DNA from: Candidatus Bathyarchaeum tardum
GTDB lineage: Archaea; Thermoproteota; Bathyarchaeia; Bathyarchaeales; Bathyarchaeaceae
Direction of reading: 5' to 3'
Length of the DNA stretch: 64,000 bases
Assembly: GCA_024650005.2 (NCBI GenBank)
Contig: CP122380.1
Coordinates: 448,001 to 512,000 of the forward strand
Under the pieces are notes generated by a model. The model saw nothing but the letters and a program-made list of their open reading frames with translations, made no database searches and was not told the DNA's origin. This document shows positions 29,665 to 38,628 of this stretch, in pieces (position 1 is the stretch's first letter; each line of letters begins with the position of its first letter). The position numbers and the translations under genes were made by a program.

Positions 29665-30281
29665 CTGTCAGTTTCTTGTTTTTTGATATATTTTTTTACG
29701 GCTTCCAAATCGTTAACTGAATTTACAGTGAAAACAGCTTCAGGTTTGCTGCTGGCAACAACTTCTTGTTCTTGTTCTTCCAAAATATGTTGTCCATCAA
29801 TTATGTTAATCCCCGAAACAGCAAATTTTTTACCTTGATGCTCGTAAAGAGAAACAGCCGACAACCCATATTTCTGAAAAGCCTCTTCGGGAATCATGAC
29901 CGTTAATGCAGGTTTACCTGATCTTTCATATTTTGTAATTATTTCATCCAAAAATTCTCCATTAATCAACGGAAGATCAGACGAAAGAATCAAAACAGGG
30001 CAATGCAAATTTGCAACTTGAACTGCCTGCTGGACGTCTTCATGGTATCCTTTTCCATTAGTTTCTAAAACTATTACTCCTGCATTTTTTGCTTCTTGAG
30101 CTGTTTTTGGGCTGATCGAAGTTACAGCAACATAAATTTCAGAAATTTTTTTTGCTTGTCTTGTTGCATCGATGACTCTTCGTATGAGGGGCTTTTCCAT
30201 AAACTCTGCCATTGGTTTTTCAATATTACTACTGAAACGGGTTCCTTTTCCCCCTGCCATAATAATTGCAGCAATTCGCAT
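29661..30281 (-). CDS. cobY: Adenosylcobinamide-phosphate guanylyltransferase CobY
   Basis: IMAGGKGTRF..EKP, GYHED, SDLP, SGINI; ATG directly after cobS stop. Confidence 0.85.
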   Translation of the reverse strand: MRIAAIIMAGGKGTRFSSNIEKPMAEFMEKPLIRRVIDATRQAKKISEIYVAVTSISPKTAQEAKNAGVIVLETNGKGYHEDVQQAVQVANLHCPVLILSSDLPLINGEFLDEIITKYERSGKPALTVMIPEEAFQKYGLSAVSLYEHQGKKFAVSGINIIDGQHILEEQEQEVVASSKPEAVFTVNSVNDLEAVKKYIKKQETDS

Positions 30282-30283
30282 TA

Positions 30284-31114
30284 CTACAAAAACACCACCA
30301 CAAACAATGCACACATTCGGGCGACTTCGTTAGTTGCCCCGAAAATGTCACCGTTTACTCCTCCAAAAACCCGTTTTCCTAAAACTATCATGAATGCCCC
30401 CACAAGTATTCCCGCGGCTACGGCAAATACGCCAGTTAAACCAAATAGGGGAACGCTGAAAGCAAGAGATATAGTTAATGCAATTGTGTATAACTTGTTG
30501 TTTTTTCGAATAAAGTCGATGAAACTTCTGCCTTTTCCTCGTTTTTCTTCAAGGTTTTCTGGAGGAGATGTGCCTTGCCATGCTGTTGTTACCATAGCTA
30601 GTTTTGCGCATACTTCTGCTACTATTATTGAAGGAATTATTGTGTTGTTATTTGTTAGGAAAATTAGCAAGAAAGTTAAAAACGAAACAGCAAGGGCAAA
30701 AAAAGCTCCGGTTCTGGTTACTGTCCACACATGGGCGATGTCCATTTTCTCTTTTAGAGAAGCTTTACGGATTCCTAGAGCATTGCCGACGTCAACCAGT
30801 CCGTCTGTGTGTTGCAGCCCGATAACAACAAGAAGAAATGCCATGGTTACTATACCTGCTAATCCCTTTGCAGCAAAATCAAAATAGATTTCATAAGCTC
30901 CAGAAAAAATCAAATTGTTTATGATTCCCAAAACGAAAAACGTTACTTTGTTTGCCACGTATCCGTATACGCCCACAATTAGACCGATAACTGCTCCAAT
31001 GACTGGAAACAAGAACATGTAACGGGCAGAAATGTCCAAAAAACTTTCATCCATTTTCACGGGGATGGCGGTGAGAAAGGCGAATAACCCTCTGAAAACT
31101 GTTATTATTTTCGT
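30284..31114 (-). CDS. cobS: Adenosylcobinamide-GDP ribazoletransferase CobS
   Basis: FLTAIP, FPVIG, GLQHTDGLVD, FGGVNGDIFGA; frame open to 31117, upstream of track GTG 31060; start placed at ACG 31114 (see findings). Confidence 0.88.
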   Translation of the reverse strand, partial: TKIITVFRGLFAFLTAIPVKMDESFLDISARYMFLFPVIGAVIGLIVGVYGYVANKVTFFVLGIINNLIFSGAYEIYFDFAAKGLAGIVTMAFLLVVIGLQHTDGLVDVGNALGIRKASLKEKMDIAHVWTVTRTGAFFALAVSFLTFLLIFLTNNNTIIPSIIVAEVCAKLAMVTTAWQGTSPPENLEEKRGKGRSFIDFIRKNNKLYTIALTISLAFSVPLFGLTGVFAVAAGILVGAFMIVLGKRVFGGVNGDIFGATNEVARMCALFVVVFL

Positions 31115-31306
31115 TGTTTAATATCCTCCGTGACTTGTGTTTACTGTAGAGTGTTTTCCTGTTTACCGTTTTAGAACTTTTAAAATCTTCTACTAACACG
31201 GTTTGGTTCAAAACACGCACAATTTTTTCTTAAACTATGAAGATGTAACTGTTTACAGAAGGTTTATATTGGTTTCACAGCAAACCCGTCTCGTTAGTAA
31301 CTAACG

Positions 31307-31615
31307 TTGGGTGAAAACAACTTGATAGATAACTTGATTTACTTTGTAGCTGGGTTTGCCATAATTTTTGTTTTGATGTATTTTGGTGTTGGAATAAATG
31401 ACCCCATGGGTGGAACAAGCATGAAAGGCTGGTGCTACCAATACCTTGTGATAGCATTAGTTTTTGATGCCCTTGCTGTTTTTGCTTTGTTTTACCAAAA
31501 TGCCATACTTACCCAATTAATTCTTGGTGTTGCTGCAGGATCGGCAACAGTTCTAGGAATTCATGTTGCACATCACATTAAAGAAGAAAATGAAGGACAT
31601 GGACACAGCCACTAA
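31307..31615 (+). CDS. Small three-TM membrane protein with His-rich tail
   Basis: Three hydrophobic stretches; ends HVAHHIKEENEGHGHSH; alternative TTG start at 31322. Confidence 0.7.
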   Translation: MGENNLIDNLIYFVAGFAIIFVLMYFGVGINDPMGGTSMKGWCYQYLVIALVFDALAVFALFYQNAILTQLILGVAAGSATVLGIHVAHHIKEENEGHGHSH

Positions 31616-31687
31616 CTGAATTTATTGTTTCAGTTAGGATATTTTTTATACTCTCCCTTTGTTAACTAGTGTATCAAGGGTTTTGTA

Positions 31688-33118
31688 ATGAAAAATTACG
31701 ATTTAATTTCTGTAGGTTCAGGTTCGGCAATGGCAATTGTTGAAGCATTTATCCAAGAAAACCCAAAAGCCAAAATTGCAGTTATCGAAAAAGATACTCC
31801 CGGAGGTATCTGTTTAACAAGGGGATGTATTCCGTCTAAACTTTTGTTATACCCCGCAGAAGTAGTGCGAACTATTCAAAAAGCGAAAGATTTTGGGATT
31901 GATTCTGAAATAAAAAACGTTGACTTCAAAGCAGTAATGGAACGCATGCGAAACATAATCCAAATTGACGTAAACAATATTCGGGAAGGACTTGTTCAAT
32001 CCAAATTCGTTGATTATTATCCTGAGGCTGCACAGTTTACTGCACCCTATACCCTTAAAGTTGGCGAAGAAACAATAACCGCAAAAATGATAATTCTAGG
32101 TGCAGGTTCAAAACCGTTAATACCTCCAATTAAAGGTCTTGAAAAAACTGCTTATCTTACCAGTGACACTGTTCTGAACATCAACGATTTGCCAAAAACT
32201 GTTGTAATCGTTGGGGCAGGCTACATAGCTGCAGAATACGGGCATTTCCTTTCTGCTATGGGGGCACAGGTGACAATAATTGGAGATATGCCCCAGTTTA
32301 TTCCTTCTGAAGAACCAGAAATTTCAGCTGTTGCTCAAAAAAAGCTCGGGGAACATGTAACAATCTATACTAATTATAGGGTTCAAGAAACAAGTTTGAT
32401 TTCTGATGGCAAAAAACGTGTCATCGCAATTAATTTGGAAAATAAAAAGAAACTAGAAGTCACTGCAGACGAGATTTTAATTGCTACAGGAAGAAAATCA
32501 TTATCGGATGTTCTTCATCCCGAAAAGGGTGGAATAAAAACTGATGACCATGGATGGATAACTGTTAACGAGTATTTAGAAACTTCTCAACCTAATGTTT
32601 GGGCTCTTGGAGATGCAAATGGGCAATATCCTTTCAAACATGTTGCAAACCATGAAGCATCAGTTGTTTATTACAATGCCCTGTTAAAACAAAAAACTAA
32701 AGTAGACTATCATGCGGTTCCTCACGCAGTTTTCACTGACCCTGAGATTGCTTCAGTTGGTTTAGGAGAAAAAGCGGCTATAGAACAGTATGGCATGACC
32801 AATGTGCTAATTGGCTTTTACCGATACGAAGATACCGCCAAAGGAGAAGCAATGAACGCCAAAGACTACTTTGTTAAAGTTATCGTGGAACAAGGCACCA
32901 TGAAAGTACTTGGAGCACATATAGTAGGACCTCAGGCTTCTGTGTTAATTCATGAAATCATTCCTGTGATGTACACCAAAACTCAAAGTGCAAAACCCAT
33001 AGTGAACAGCATGCACATTCATCCTGCGTTAAGTGAAGTTGTTGAACGAGCTTTTCGTTCCCTTATGCCCCCTGAACATTATCATCATATTCTTGAGCAC
33101 TATGCTCAAAATGCTTGA
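31688..33118 (+). CDS. Pyridine nucleotide-disulfide oxidoreductase (dihydrolipoamide dehydrogenase / mycothione reductase-like)
   Basis: GGICLTRGCIPSK redox disulfide, GAGYIAAE, ATGR, ALGD, HIHPALSE. Confidence 0.9.
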   Translation: MKNYDLISVGSGSAMAIVEAFIQENPKAKIAVIEKDTPGGICLTRGCIPSKLLLYPAEVVRTIQKAKDFGIDSEIKNVDFKAVMERMRNIIQIDVNNIREGLVQSKFVDYYPEAAQFTAPYTLKVGEETITAKMIILGAGSKPLIPPIKGLEKTAYLTSDTVLNINDLPKTVVIVGAGYIAAEYGHFLSAMGAQVTIIGDMPQFIPSEEPEISAVAQKKLGEHVTIYTNYRVQETSLISDGKKRVIAINLENKKKLEVTADEILIATGRKSLSDVLHPEKGGIKTDDHGWITVNEYLETSQPNVWALGDANGQYPFKHVANHEASVVYYNALLKQKTKVDYHAVPHAVFTDPEIASVGLGEKAAIEQYGMTNVLIGFYRYEDTAKGEAMNAKDYFVKVIVEQGTMKVLGAHIVGPQASVLIHEIIPVMYTKTQSAKPIVNSMHIHPALSEVVERAFRSLMPPEHYHHILEHYAQNA

Positions 33119-33190
33119 AACTAGATACGTCGCGTAACCAGCGTTCACAATTTTCTGAAAAACAATCCAAGAAAAAGAGAAAAACAAGGA

Positions 33191-34687
33191 TTATTTTTGT
33201 TTAACTGGGATTCGTGGTATGGAAAACTGTTTTTCGACGTGTTGACGGTAGAACATGTTGTACACACAGAAAGGAATAATCCGGTTGTCAGGAGTCGCAT
33301 AATGAATAACACAATGATGGGCACGTTCTACATCAAACGTGTAGGGGTCCATGAAAGCCATGCTTCCGATTAGTAGGAGTCTTCTCCGGATGGGACCAAG
33401 GGAATCGTAAGAGGGGTTAGTGTGTATTTGAACCAGCGTCTTTATCGCATTTAACAAACCTGCTTCTCGTTGCACTTTTCTCCAGTCTAGCGACTTGAAG
33501 GAAGCAAGGAACAGTCTCAAATAAATTCCCAGTTTACTGATTTTCTGTTCTTTAACTAATAAATTCAAGTTTTTTAGATCAGACATGAACACGTCAAAAT
33601 TCAGGAACCGATTAATTGGCGTAAACATGTGGTTTCCGCGCCTGGAAACTAAAATCCAGTTCCAAAGCCCACAATATGGTGTAGGCGTAAAAGGTGGCCA
33701 AATTTTTGAAAGGAAAGTATTCATGATTTTTAGGGGAGGATCCATAACTGAAACAGGGAACATATCATCTTCTTGGATTAATCCATTTGTTTGTTCGGCA
33801 ATTTTTTGAGCAAGTAATGAGTTATCTATCCGTTGCTGTCTAGAAACAAATTCATGTGTCCGTCCCGTGAAAGACATGGGCTGAAAAACAATACCCCGTA
33901 CGATGTCTACGTTTTTGGCAGCGAACTTGACTATATCTCCGACTTCGTTGTCATTTATGCTCCCTTGAACTGTAGGAACCAGAATGATTTCGATGTCATG
34001 TTTTCTACAGAGTTCAACAAGACGTAACTTGTTTGGCAACAATTTGGCATTTCTTAGTTTCTTATAAGGAGCATCTGTAAGTCCATCAAATTGCATGTAA
34101 ACTATGTTTAGTCCTGCTTTCTTGAGTTTTCTGACCAATTCCGGGTCGTTGGACATTCTAACACCGTTTGTGGCGAGAAGAATCATGTATTTTAGGTCAT
34201 GAGCCATTTGCACAATTTCCACGATATCATCGCGGACCGTTGGTTCTCCACCCGCAAACATTACTGCTAAAGGTGCGGGATCTTGTTTTTTCAAAAACTT
34301 GAGCATGTCATGAATTTTTTCTTTACTTGGCTTATAAAGGTCAGGAGGTTGGGAAGCATTTGCAAAACATATGGGGCATCTTAAATCACATTCATTAGTT
34401 ACGTCGATTACTGCCATGACTGTTGCAGAAACATGATTAGGGCATTTGTTTACTGCACAGCCTTCGGGACAGTTGTCCTTAAAGGGTGTTGATGACGGTC
34501 TTTTGTATTCTTCAGCTTTGTGATAAATGTCTGCCCGTGACCAGTAGGTATCACTGAAGTTACCGTGTTCTTTGCAAGTTTTTTCTATTAGAATTTTGCC
34601 ATCTTTTTCTACAACTTGAGCTTTTATTTTTTCATAACAAACTGGACAAACGCTGAAAGTTTCCCTGAGAATTTTTTGCTCAGTCAC
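33191..34687 (-). CDS. tes: Tetraether synthase (Tes / GDGT-MAS, MJ0619 family) homologue
   Basis: SVCPVC..TCKEHG..YW; IDVTNECDLRCPICFANA; AGGEPTVR; RGIVFQP.SFTGR; FMDPYTFDVER..CVIHYATPD.RIIPFCVYN. Confidence 0.85.
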   Translation of the reverse strand: MTEQKILRETFSVCPVCYEKIKAQVVEKDGKILIEKTCKEHGNFSDTYWSRADIYHKAEEYKRPSSTPFKDNCPEGCAVNKCPNHVSATVMAVIDVTNECDLRCPICFANASQPPDLYKPSKEKIHDMLKFLKKQDPAPLAVMFAGGEPTVRDDIVEIVQMAHDLKYMILLATNGVRMSNDPELVRKLKKAGLNIVYMQFDGLTDAPYKKLRNAKLLPNKLRLVELCRKHDIEIILVPTVQGSINDNEVGDIVKFAAKNVDIVRGIVFQPMSFTGRTHEFVSRQQRIDNSLLAQKIAEQTNGLIQEDDMFPVSVMDPPLKIMNTFLSKIWPPFTPTPYCGLWNWILVSRRGNHMFTPINRFLNFDVFMSDLKNLNLLVKEQKISKLGIYLRLFLASFKSLDWRKVQREAGLLNAIKTLVQIHTNPSYDSLGPIRRRLLLIGSMAFMDPYTFDVERAHHCVIHYATPDNRIIPFCVYNMFYRQHVEKQFSIPRIPVKQK

Positions 34688-35547
34688 GTTAAAGCCCCTA
34701 AAACCAATGCTAAAGGTATGAGTATCATTGTTCTTGTTGCAAATCTTTCATGTTTCTTTACATTGTTTATAGCTTGGTTTTTGAGCAAAGAAACTCCCGA
34801 AACAACAAGAATTGCATCCCAAATAATGATTGGAATTAAATACGCGTAACCAACTGCACCTACCAGATACGGAATGGGTGAACCCGCTACGTTGAGCAAG
34901 AAGAAAGTTGCTCCCACTTTGGTTGCAAAACTTGTACCCCGTTTAGCTGCTAAGGTTGCATATCCTGCTTTTTTGTCTCCTTCTAGGCTTAGTACGTCTC
35001 TTAGTACGTTTCCACCTATGCTTCCCATGCTCATGAACGTCAACGATAAAGATGTTATAGTGATTGTTCCGAATAAAGCAGCTTCACCGTAAACAAAGGA
35101 TGTTCCTATGAGAAAGCCCATAAGAAAACTTCCTAAGAATCCGATGTGTTTTTTGATGTATTTGGAATAAGCAATTAAAAGAACAGTATCGGTTATGGCG
35201 ATGGCAACACATAGCCAATTTATTGTTGCTGATGCAGCAATTCCGATAACAAACAAGATTATTGCTGTTAAAAGTGCTTCCCACGGCTTCAAGTTTTTGG
35301 ATGGTATTGGTCGGTTCTTTTTTACTATAGCGTCTGACTCTTGGTCTACATAATCGTTGAAGGCAAAACCGCCTGAACTAATGCATATTGCTGACAGGAC
35401 GACTAACGGTATTATTAACTCGTTTTCCGGTAAGATCCCTCGTTGCAAAGTAAAGATTGTTAAAACTGAAAGACCACCCGTCATTAACCAGTATGGCGGA
35501 CGAAGAAGCATAATAATGGCCTTAAGCCGATTTTTAAACGAAGCCAT
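34684..35547 (-). CDS. UbiA-family prenyltransferase, DGGGP synthase-like
   Basis: LLRP, NDYVDQESD..RPIPS, AYS, EGDKKAG.ATL; TGA overlaps the GTG of tes. Confidence 0.87.
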   Translation of the reverse strand: MASFKNRLKAIIMLLRPPYWLMTGGLSVLTIFTLQRGILPENELIIPLVVLSAICISSGGFAFNDYVDQESDAIVKKNRPIPSKNLKPWEALLTAIILFVIGIAASATINWLCVAIAITDTVLLIAYSKYIKKHIGFLGSFLMGFLIGTSFVYGEAALFGTITITSLSLTFMSMGSIGGNVLRDVLSLEGDKKAGYATLAAKRGTSFATKVGATFFLLNVAGSPIPYLVGAVGYAYLIPIIIWDAILVVSGVSLLKNQAINNVKKHERFATRTMILIPLALVLGALT

Positions 35548-35558
35548 TTAAATCGACC

Positions 35559-36503
35559 CTAATATCTTTTTGAGCTTATTATTTTTTTCAGTCCCTCTTC
35601 AATGCTCACTTGAGGGGTCCATTTCAGGATTTTTTTGGCTTTAGAATTGTCAGCCAATGTTATATCCATGTCTCCTTCCCATGCTTTGCCGCCTTTGAAG
35701 TAAATATCAACGTCTTCAAATCCAAGAATCTTTACAATCAGATTAGCTAGGTCTGTTACCGAAGTTGTGGAACCTGTTCCAACGTTAAAGGCATGTCCTG
35801 AAGCTTCAGGAGTAATCGCAGCCCTTAGTAAAGCGTTCACCAAGTCGTCAACATACACAAAGTCTCTGGATTGTCTACCGGTTCCCAGAACTTCCAGCTT
35901 GTGGGGATCCTTTTTTAGTTTATTAAGAAAGTCATAAATTACGCCTTGGCAGTTGGGTCCATAAACGTTGAAGATACGGAACATAACAGTTTCCAGTCCG
36001 TACGTTTTATGATAGAAGCTACAATAATGTTCACCTAGAAGTTTTGTTAACCCATAAAAGGCGATAGGGTTTGGTTCTGCTGTTTCGGGAGTTGGTTTTT
36101 CTTGGGGGTTACCGTAAACTGCAGAAGAAGAAGCAAAAACCACTCGGGCACCTGCTTTTCTGGCAGCTTCAAGGACACTCAAAGTTCCGATTACGTTAAT
36201 CTCGCTGTCTTCTTGGGGGTTGACCATGGAAAAAGGAACGCTTGTTTGTGCTGCTAAATGAAAAATTGTTTTACATTTTTTTGTCGCTTCTTGTATTGCC
36301 TCTTTCTCGCGGATGTCTTTTTGCACAAATTTTAGACCGTTTTCCATGAGGTCTTGTATGCGTTCTGTGCTTCCAGAATAAAGGTTATCAATTACGGTTA
36401 CTTTGGAGCCCAGTTCTACCAATTTTTTGCACAAGTTAGAACCGATGAAACCAGCACCACCAGTAACAACTACTTCTCGTCCATTGAATTCTTTCAATGC
36501 CAT
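35559..36503 (-). CDS. NAD-dependent nucleotide-sugar epimerase/dehydratase (UDP-glucose 4-epimerase-like)
   Basis: VTGGAGFIG, HLAA, SSSAVYG, YGLTK, FNVYGP, RDFVYV; start moved to ATG 36503. Confidence 0.9.
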   Translation of the reverse strand: MALKEFNGREVVVTGGAGFIGSNLCKKLVELGSKVTVIDNLYSGSTERIQDLMENGLKFVQKDIREKEAIQEATKKCKTIFHLAAQTSVPFSMVNPQEDSEINVIGTLSVLEAARKAGARVVFASSSAVYGNPQEKPTPETAEPNPIAFYGLTKLLGEHYCSFYHKTYGLETVMFRIFNVYGPNCQGVIYDFLNKLKKDPHKLEVLGTGRQSRDFVYVDDLVNALLRAAITPEASGHAFNVGTGSTTSVTDLANLIVKILGFEDVDIYFKGGKAWEGDMDITLADNSKAKKILKWTPQVSIEEGLKKIISSKRY

Positions 36504-36616
36504 ACCCCAATAATATGACTGCAAACTAATGAGGCACTCATTAGTTAACCTTTTCCAAAAAAACATTACCCCAAATAAATCTTCATGCTGGGTCACAAAC
36601 TGAACAAGTGTTCAAA

Positions 36617-37177
36617 CTAGGCTGATGCTTCGATTGCTTCAACAGACAGGTTGACCCAGATTCCGCTATATTGATACTCTGTTGCAGTTGCATTCCAGAT
36701 GAACAATTCAAAGATGATCCTGTTTGTTCCCAACTTTTCTATGGTTATTTCTACTGGAAATTCCCAAATGTCGTTATCTTCTAAAGTTTGATCAAAATAT
36801 TCTATGACTTCGGCTGAACTTTGATTTAATACACCCTTTCCATCATCAATTTTCATTAATACTTGATAATCAAGGGGTTCATTGTTCTGGTTTTCTACAC
36901 CAACCCATAACGAGAACGTGCTGTTTTCTCCCAAAATTATCGTTGAGGGCAAGTTTTCTGTTTGTTTATTAGAATCCAAGTAGTATAGCGCTGAACATTT
37001 TTCTGCATTTATAGGTGTTAAAAGTGTTAACTGCACTAAGAGAGCACCTATAATCACCACAGCAATTGCAATTGTAAGGATTACGGTTTTTTCTTCATTA
37101 CTGTAAGCAGAGGATTCTGTTTTTGAAGTTTTTTTGATTTTTTTTTCCATAAATTCGTCATTATTGTTATTCGTCAA
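36617..37177 (-). CDS. DUF1616-like single-TM protein
   Basis: One TM, then E..SALYYL, VGVEN, FELF, WVNL. Confidence 0.7.
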   Translation of the reverse strand: MTNNNNDEFMEKKIKKTSKTESSAYSNEEKTVILTIAIAVVIIGALLVQLTLLTPINAEKCSALYYLDSNKQTENLPSTIILGENSTFSLWVGVENQNNEPLDYQVLMKIDDGKGVLNQSSAEVIEYFDQTLEDNDIWEFPVEITIEKLGTNRIIFELFIWNATATEYQYSGIWVNLSVEAIEASA

Positions 37178-37361
37178 TTATTTGTCATCCCCTGAAAAAA
37201 TTGAAATCAATTGTTTTCATCTCATATGCATTGTTTCTTTCGGATTAAACTAACATTTAGCTTTGTCCTAATAAAAGAATTCTTACAAACATCGAACAGC
37301 TCAACCGATTTAGACAACTTGCAAATTCAGGTCAGGTCAGGTATATTGCCAAAAAATAAGC

Positions 37362-38525
37362 TCATTTTTTATTGTAGACTTCTTGATAAACTTCCAGTAG
37401 TTGGCGAACGTTTTGTTTCCAGCTGAGCTTACTATGAATATACTGTTTAGCTTGTTTACCAATTTCAGATATAATCTCTTTTTCTGCTAGCAATTTAGAT
37501 AATGTATTAGCCATTACTTGGGGTTTTTGAGGTGGCACCAGAATGCCGTTTTTCATGTGCTCAATTATTTCTGGTGTGCCACCTACTATTGTCGCAACTA
37601 CGGGCAATCCACAGGACATAGCTTCAATAAGAACTAAAGGCAATCCTTCACCAGATGAAGAGGGTAACAAAAAGAAATCAGCTGCTGCATAATAGACAGG
37701 TAAGAGTTCATCAGGAACAAACCCAACTAGTTTGATGTTTTTTTCTATTCCAAGTTCTTTGATTCGTTCTTCAATTAAGCTTCTGCTGGGTCCTTTTCCT
37801 GCGACTACAAACAATACTTCTGGATGATTTTTTGCTAGCAAATAAGCGGAGTCTATAAGCGTGTCAAGCCCATTTTTATAGACTAATCTTCGAGCGCTGA
37901 AGATTATCTTTCGGTTTTGGGGTAAACCTAGTTTGTCGCGGCTTTGGTCTTTGTTTGCGGACTGAAAACAGTTTGTGTCTACGCCGTTATAAATTACTGA
38001 AGTCTTTGATTTGTCTGCCCCTAGACTAAGAACATACTTCATTGTTTGTTTACTTACCGTGAGTATTCTATCTGCGCGTTTCAAAACTGATTTACCAATT
38101 ATTACGTCATTGAGGTTTTCTACAGTGTTGAGCCATGACTTGTAATCAATGAAAGTGTTGTGCTGGGTTACAATAAAGGGTTTGTTGTATTTTTTTGCAA
38201 GCACGCCTGCAAGGCACGAAGACATGTAAACGTGACCGTGAGCATGAACCAAATCACAGTTTCTTATCTTCTTAGCAAATAGTTTGTAAGCGTTTACAAA
38301 AAGAATTGGATATGGCACGCCAAACCGGTCAGTAAATTTCAAGCTGGGATATGCAAAAACGTTGATTCCTTTGATGGGGTGCCTTGTTTGATCTTTTGTT
38401 TTACTGGTTAAAACATCAAATTCATAACCTGATTCTATTAATCGTTTGCTTTGTTCATATGCTACCTTTTCGATACCTCCCACGTGAGGTGAAAAAAAGT
38501 GCGTGACGAGGCATACTTTAGGCAT
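37362..38525 (-). CDS. Glycosyltransferase family 4
   Basis: PHVGGIE, VHAHG, YNGVD, RLVYKNG, EGLPLVLIEA. Confidence 0.92.
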   Translation of the reverse strand: MPKVCLVTHFFSPHVGGIEKVAYEQSKRLIESGYEFDVLTSKTKDQTRHPIKGINVFAYPSLKFTDRFGVPYPILFVNAYKLFAKKIRNCDLVHAHGHVYMSSCLAGVLAKKYNKPFIVTQHNTFIDYKSWLNTVENLNDVIIGKSVLKRADRILTVSKQTMKYVLSLGADKSKTSVIYNGVDTNCFQSANKDQSRDKLGLPQNRKIIFSARRLVYKNGLDTLIDSAYLLAKNHPEVLFVVAGKGPSRSLIEERIKELGIEKNIKLVGFVPDELLPVYYAAADFFLLPSSSGEGLPLVLIEAMSCGLPVVATIVGGTPEIIEHMKNGILVPPQKPQVMANTLSKLLAEKEIISEIGKQAKQYIHSKLSWKQNVRQLLEVYQEVYNKK

Positions 38526-38628
38526 AGGTGGAGGGTGGATGCCTGTAAATTTAACTATTTCGCACCCTGCCCAAACAATCTACAATGCAAAACATCTAAA
38601 TTACACAGACAAAATTAACGTAACAGAG

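Noticed and set aside
30096-30887. 263-aa plus-strand ORF
   Set aside because: Antisense shadow of cobS/cobY with no motifs; the many other 60-150 aa track ORFs nested in longer genes were rejected likewise
31688-33118. Mercuric reductase call
   Set aside because: No C-terminal Cys-Cys pair and no mer genes
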